38,961 nt of DNA, from positions 1 to 38,961 of the IMG/VR virus record IMGVR_UViG_3300050160_000034; one strand, given 5' to 3'. Source of the stretch: a virus. Its lineage: Duplodnaviria > Caudoviricetes. The notes beneath the pieces are model-generated. The model saw only the letters and a list, made by a program, of their open reading frames with translations, ran no database searches and was not told the origin of the DNA. Of the stretch, positions 35,751 to 38,961 are shown one piece after another (the stretch's first letter is position 1; the number at the start of each line of letters is the position of its first letter). Made by a program: the position numbers and the translations under genes.

Positions 35751-36173
35751 ATGACTATCAAAGCCAGTGATTTACAAAAAGATATTAACGGTAAATTTAA
35801 AAACAACCAATATCCGCCAAGCGTAGAGGCAGTGATTGAAAGCGCGCAACGTTACATTAAAGCCATAAAAGATGGGCGTATGTGCTGCGTTATTGAGTCT
35901 GTTAGCAGTAGCGGAATGAGTCGAACAATGCACTTCAATTCATGCGAAAAAGATAAGCATACAAAAGGATTTTATTATGCTAATTATTGGACTCTTTTTA
36001 AATTATTGGGATACAAAGAAAGTAAAAGCCGTGACGGTTTCGTTATTCATGGGTGCGGTATGGATATGGTATTTTCTACAAATTATGCAATTATTCACGA
36101 CTTATACCGTTATGGATTTTTAAGCAGTAAAGAATGTGACGTTTTAGCACAAAGAACGCCAAGAGTTTTATAA
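35751..36173 (+). CDS. Phage early protein of unknown function
   Basis: VSSSGMSR and GCGMDMVF motifs; TAAGGAG RBS. Confidence 0.85.
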   Translation: MTIKASDLQKDINGKFKNNQYPPSVEAVIESAQRYIKAIKDGRMCCVIESVSSSGMSRTMHFNSCEKDKHTKGFYYANYWTLFKLLGYKESKSRDGFVIHGCGMDMVFSTNYAIIHDLYRYGFLSSKECDVLAQRTPRVL

Positions 36174-36216
36174 ATCAATCACTAGGCCATTAGGCCTCTA
36201 TAAAGGAGTTTAAGAA

Positions 36217-36891
36217 ATGAATAATTTTAATATTTCTAGCAATGGCGAAAATGTAGAATTAAATGTTTTTTATGATACAGACGCGGCACAATTTTATTTT
36301 GATGATTTTGTAAGTGGTGCGGATGGTGAAACAGTAGAATTTTTTAATTTTGGCCGTGACAGTAATTTGTATTTAATTGGTGATAGTAGCGCGCCAATGT
36401 ATAAAAAATCACAATTAGCTAAAATGAAAAAATCAGAATTAATTGATTTAGTAGAAAAGTATGAAGGCAATTATTGCTATGACTTTTCAGACAGCAATAA
36501 ATCATATTTAGTTAATGAATTGCTAGGCGTGACTATTAAGCGCCATTATGAATATTTAACAAGCGCGTAAAAATGGCATGCGTTAAAAGAGAATGTTCCG
36601 CATGATATATATCAATCCAATGGCTACTCACAAGGTGATTCAGTATTAATTGTTAAAATTGACGGTTTCACAGATGGATATAAACAATACATTGACCATA
36701 TTTTTTGGGATATCCCAATATATATGCGCGCAATTATTAATGATGTTGAATTGTATGAAGATGAATTTTTAGAAGACCAATATGAATGGGATAAAAATGA
36801 CGTTGAAAAAAAAATTAAGGCTTTAGATTTATCAGACTATGTTAAAAATTGGCTAATTGAAAATTTGCCAGATTATCCAGCATACCATTAA
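36217..36891 (+). pseudogene. Acidic 224-codon gene interrupted by an in-frame TAA at 36568-36570
   Basis: Same frame stays open 106 codons after the stop (KWHALKENVPHDIYQSNGYSQGD...LPDYPAYH), with no in-frame ATG until about codon 52. Confidence 0.75.
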
Positions 36892-36975
36892 TGCAATTTA
36901 AGCCAGTTATAAGTAGCTGGCTTATGTGGCAATAATGCCAGAGGCCAATAGGCCACTTTTTGAAAGGGATTTATT

Positions 36976-37158
36976 ATGACTGAATTAGAATTGACTATTT
37001 TAGACACAAAAGAAACAATAAAAGGCAGTATTTATTATATTTTTGTTCATGCTATTTGTGCATTAAATGATGGCTATTGTATAACTATAGATACAGGCAA
37101 TCACTGCGCATTTTTTAGCAATGTAAATTCATTTAAAAAGGCTTTTCATCATGAATAG
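36976..37158 (+). CDS. 60-aa hypothetical protein
   Basis: AAAGGGA RBS after a repeat copy. Confidence 0.75.
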   Translation: MTELELTILDTKETIKGSIYYIFVHAICALNDGYCITIDTGNHCAFFSNVNSFKKAFHHE

Positions 37159-37534
37159 TCTAATTAAATTTTACATTGAAAGCGATAACGATATTGTTGC
37201 GACAATAGGCAGCGCAAATAGAAACGGCTTTATTACTTGCTATAGCAAAATTGGGCAACATAGCGAAGGCCATATTGACTATTTTGCAGAATTAAAAGAG
37301 GCAAATTATAGCCAATATAAAAGCCTATTAAATGAATTAATTTTAATAGGCTATAAAGTAGAAATTGAAACAGAGCAAAAAACTACTGTATGGCGCAATC
37401 CTACAAAATCAGAAATTAATTTTGGGAATGGCGCAATACACTATGCAGATATAAATCTGTCTGAATTTATTAAACCTGATGGCAGCCTTAAAAAATGGGC
37501 AAAAATTGACGGCTTGAGATATAACCGTTATTAA
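37151..37534 (+). CDS. Two-domain small phage protein
   Basis: CYSKIGQHS...Y..LL.EL..IGY block plus RNPT..EI.FG.GAIHY...DGLRY block. Confidence 0.8.
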   Translation: MNSLIKFYIESDNDIVATIGSANRNGFITCYSKIGQHSEGHIDYFAELKEANYSQYKSLLNELILIGYKVEIETEQKTTVWRNPTKSEINFGNGAIHYADINLSEFIKPDGSLKKWAKIDGLRYNRY

Positions 37535-37547
37535 TGGAAGTTAATTT

Positions 37548-37748
37548 ATGAATGACTCCGAAAGACTGCGCAAGCTGCGCATTAATCTAGGTTTAACCAA
37601 TTTAGAATTTGCTAGATTAATTGGCTTAACTGGTGATAATGCAGCCGATAACATACGCGCTTTCGAAAGAGGCAGTAAAGGCATAAGCGGGCCATTGGCT
37701 ATGCTTATAAGATACATTGAAAAATATGGAATTATTGAAAAGGATTGA
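37548..37748 (+). CDS. XRE HTH regulator (Aca-like)
   Basis: LRKLRINLGLTNLEFARLIG...IRAFERG...ISGP. Confidence 0.85.
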   Translation: MNDSERLRKLRINLGLTNLEFARLIGLTGDNAADNIRAFERGSKGISGPLAMLIRYIEKYGIIEKD

Positions 37749-37750
37749 TT

Positions 37751-37924
37751 ATGAAATATTTTATAACTCAAAATGTAGGTTCTGCAAAATATGTTTTGTC
37801 TTTTCACAATGGCGTTAATAAACATAATGACGGTTCACCATTTTATGATATTCAGATTTTTAAGAATAAAGCAAAGTTAAACTTGCAAGTTAAGGCTTTA
37901 ATTAAACAAGGATATACAACATGA
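37751..37924 (+). CDS. 57-aa protein (not in ORF track)
   Basis: MKYFITQNVGSAKYVLSFHNGVNKHNDGSPFYDIQIFKNK...GYTT; AAGGA RBS. Confidence 0.8.
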   Translation: MKYFITQNVGSAKYVLSFHNGVNKHNDGSPFYDIQIFKNKAKLNLQVKALIKQGYTT

Positions 37925-38013
37925 AATACTTAGAATTATGCTTTGATTTACTCATGCGCTTGCTTGGTTTCGTTATTGTTGCCTTTTTGATTCTGTTTAA
38001 TGCGAAGGATTAA
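37921..38013 (+). CDS. 30-aa membrane peptide (not in ORF track)
   Basis: MKYLELCFDLLMRLLGFVIVAFLILFNAKD; AAGGA RBS, ATGA overlap. Confidence 0.65.
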   Translation: MKYLELCFDLLMRLLGFVIVAFLILFNAKD

Positions 38014-38015
38014 TA

Positions 38016-38189
38016 ATGAAACCTAAAACAATCACAAAAACAATGGGAAGGCCGCGAATTGGTGAAAACCGCAAATTATCAGTTAGCACTAGCTTAACGC
38101 CTAGTAACATAGAATATTTAAAGTTAATCGGCAATGGGCAATTAAACAAAGGAATAGAGCTGCTAATTGAATCGCACAAAGAAAAATAA
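38016..38189 (+). CDS. 57-aa ribbon-helix-helix-like DNA-binding protein (not in ORF track)
   Basis: GRPR hook, KLSVSTSL strand, helix-GNG-helix; AAGGA RBS. Confidence 0.75.
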   Translation: MKPKTITKTMGRPRIGENRKLSVSTSLTPSNIEYLKLIGNGQLNKGIELLIESHKEK

Positions 38190-38192
38190 AAT

Positions 38193-38219
38193 AAAGCCAA
38201 TTTAATCAATGGCTTTTTT
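38193..38219 (+). terminator. Terminator closing the island (probably bidirectional)
   Basis: AAAGCCA...TGGCTTT with a T-run on + and an A-rich flank; between convergent genes. Confidence 0.75.
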
Positions 38220-38220
38220 G

Positions 38221-38700
38221 TTATCTCATTGTAAACCCGCTATATTCTACACTGGCTATTTTATTTGTTAAATCATACGCTTTCACATTGGCATCAAAGT
38301 TATTTTGCGCAGTCATCCAAACACGCTGGATAAAATTATGAGCTTTTAATGATACGGCTTGAGGCGTTATATCTAAACTTTCTGCTAATTCTTTAATGTT
38401 ACGATGAAACGATGGATTGAAATGATTAGCCGCATGATGCATTTTAATTTGCGCCTTGCAATAGGTATGCGCAAAGCATAAGGAATCGACAGGCTTTGAT
38501 TCTATAGCATCAACTAGCGCATGATGAAAGTATATGCAAAACTGGCTTAGTTTATAGTCTGGCATCTCATAACTTTTTGATGGCATGAATTGCGCCAGAA
38601 TATTTACTTGTTTATTGTTCAAAAACTTTTTGTGAGAATACGCCCAAGGCAAATATTCATCACGTAAAAAATCCTTAATATGTTGGTTGATGGTTGCCAT
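38221..38700 (-). CDS. Probable late-gene regulator (Q-position, C-terminal HTH)
   Basis: IKELAESLDITPQAVS HTH; last minus-strand gene before the island and late operon. Confidence 0.55.
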   Translation of the reverse strand: MATINQHIKDFLRDEYLPWAYSHKKFLNNKQVNILAQFMPSKSYEMPDYKLSQFCIYFHHALVDAIESKPVDSLCFAHTYCKAQIKMHHAANHFNPSFHRNIKELAESLDITPQAVSLKAHNFIQRVWMTAQNNFDANVKAYDLTNKIASVEYSGFTMR

Positions 38701-38713
38701 ATATCCCTTTTCT

Positions 38714-38810
38714 AAATTTGCCTTAAAATGTCAAATGCCCTAAAACTGAAAATTCCCAAAAACACAAGCTGCCCTAAAATCCAAGTTGCCCTATTTTTTT
38801 AATTTGCCGT
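38714..38810. repeat. Degenerate 17-bp-period tandem array, core TGCCCTAAAA
   Basis: Cores start at 38719, 38736, 38753, 38770, 38787 (and 38805). Confidence 0.8.
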
Positions 38811-38910
38811 ACTTTCTATCTAAATGTTTCTTAACTGCCTCGCGCACATGAATATCTAAAAACTCATTCGGGTGTACGATGCCCTTGCCTGTTTCTTTAT
38901 GCAGTCGCTT
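38791..38910 (-). CDS. 3' fragment of a gene (5' part lost at window end)
   Basis: KRLHKETGKGIVHPNEFLDIHVREAVKKHLDRKYGKLKK*. Confidence 0.45.
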   Translation of the reverse strand, partial: KRLHKETGKGIVHPNEFLDIHVREAVKKHLDRKYGKLKK

Positions 38911-38961
38911 TTAAAAATAAAAAAAATATTAATAGTTCAATTTTTTTATTTTTTTTGAATC

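Larger units (their letters stand above)
35572..36954 (+). repeat. Dispersed pre-RBS repeat AGGCC-AWT-AGGCC (4 copies)
   Basis: 35572-35588 (variant CAGCCAGTAGGCAGCCA), 35717-35729, 36184-36196 and 36942-36954. Confidence 0.85.
1..38961. mobile_element. Temperate HK97-like siphovirus genome (near complete, unintegrated form)
   Basis: Integrase, cI/cro switch, replication, lysis, tail, HK97 head and terminase modules all present; no host genes; attP has phage DNA on both sides. Confidence 0.96.

Noticed and set aside
36568-36570. Stop-codon reassignment (alternative genetic code)
   Set aside because: Single instance; TAA ends many genes normally and the long genes are intact in the standard code.
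37541-38209. Minus-strand ORFs 37541-37825 and 37997-38209
   Set aside because: They overlap + strand genes that have clear RBSs and recognisable HTH/RHH features.
38911-38961. Extreme A/T homopolymer stretch at the window end
   Set aside because: It abruptly interrupts a coding frame and looks like a low-quality contig end rather than a functional element.

Overview
Almost the whole genome of a temperate lambdoid/HK97-type siphophage, apparently in its unintegrated, end-joined form: attP is intact and the probable cos site is internal. The host is most likely a betaproteobacterium (inferred from SSB, spanins and a tRNA-Cys-type att core). Modules in order: nin/replication genes (-), a cII-cro|cI switch with twin operator-promoters, early recombination and accessory genes (+), xis/int/attP, lysis (-), tail (-), a 3.7-kb structural insert between capsid and connector, head/terminase/HNH (-), an AT-rich + strand island, and a late regulator (-). 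The island (35.5-38.2 kb) is the most interesting part. It lies next to the probable cos and has consensus sigma70 hexamers overlapped by inverted repeats. Each of its first four small genes is preceded by a copy of a GGCC-AWTA-GGCC-type mini-hairpin ahead of the Shine-Dalgarno. It also encodes an HTH and an RHH regulator, matching the acr-aca/anti-defence layout, and one repeat copy resembles a type I-F CRISPR repeat. Other highlights: a membrane protein plus exported HNH nuclease in the rexAB position, a G/T -1 frameshift with a two-state RNA switch upstream, arm-type repeats duplicated inside int, a 17-bp periodic array, and apparent GATC/CCGG avoidance. All family calls come from motif recognition by eye; no database searches were run.
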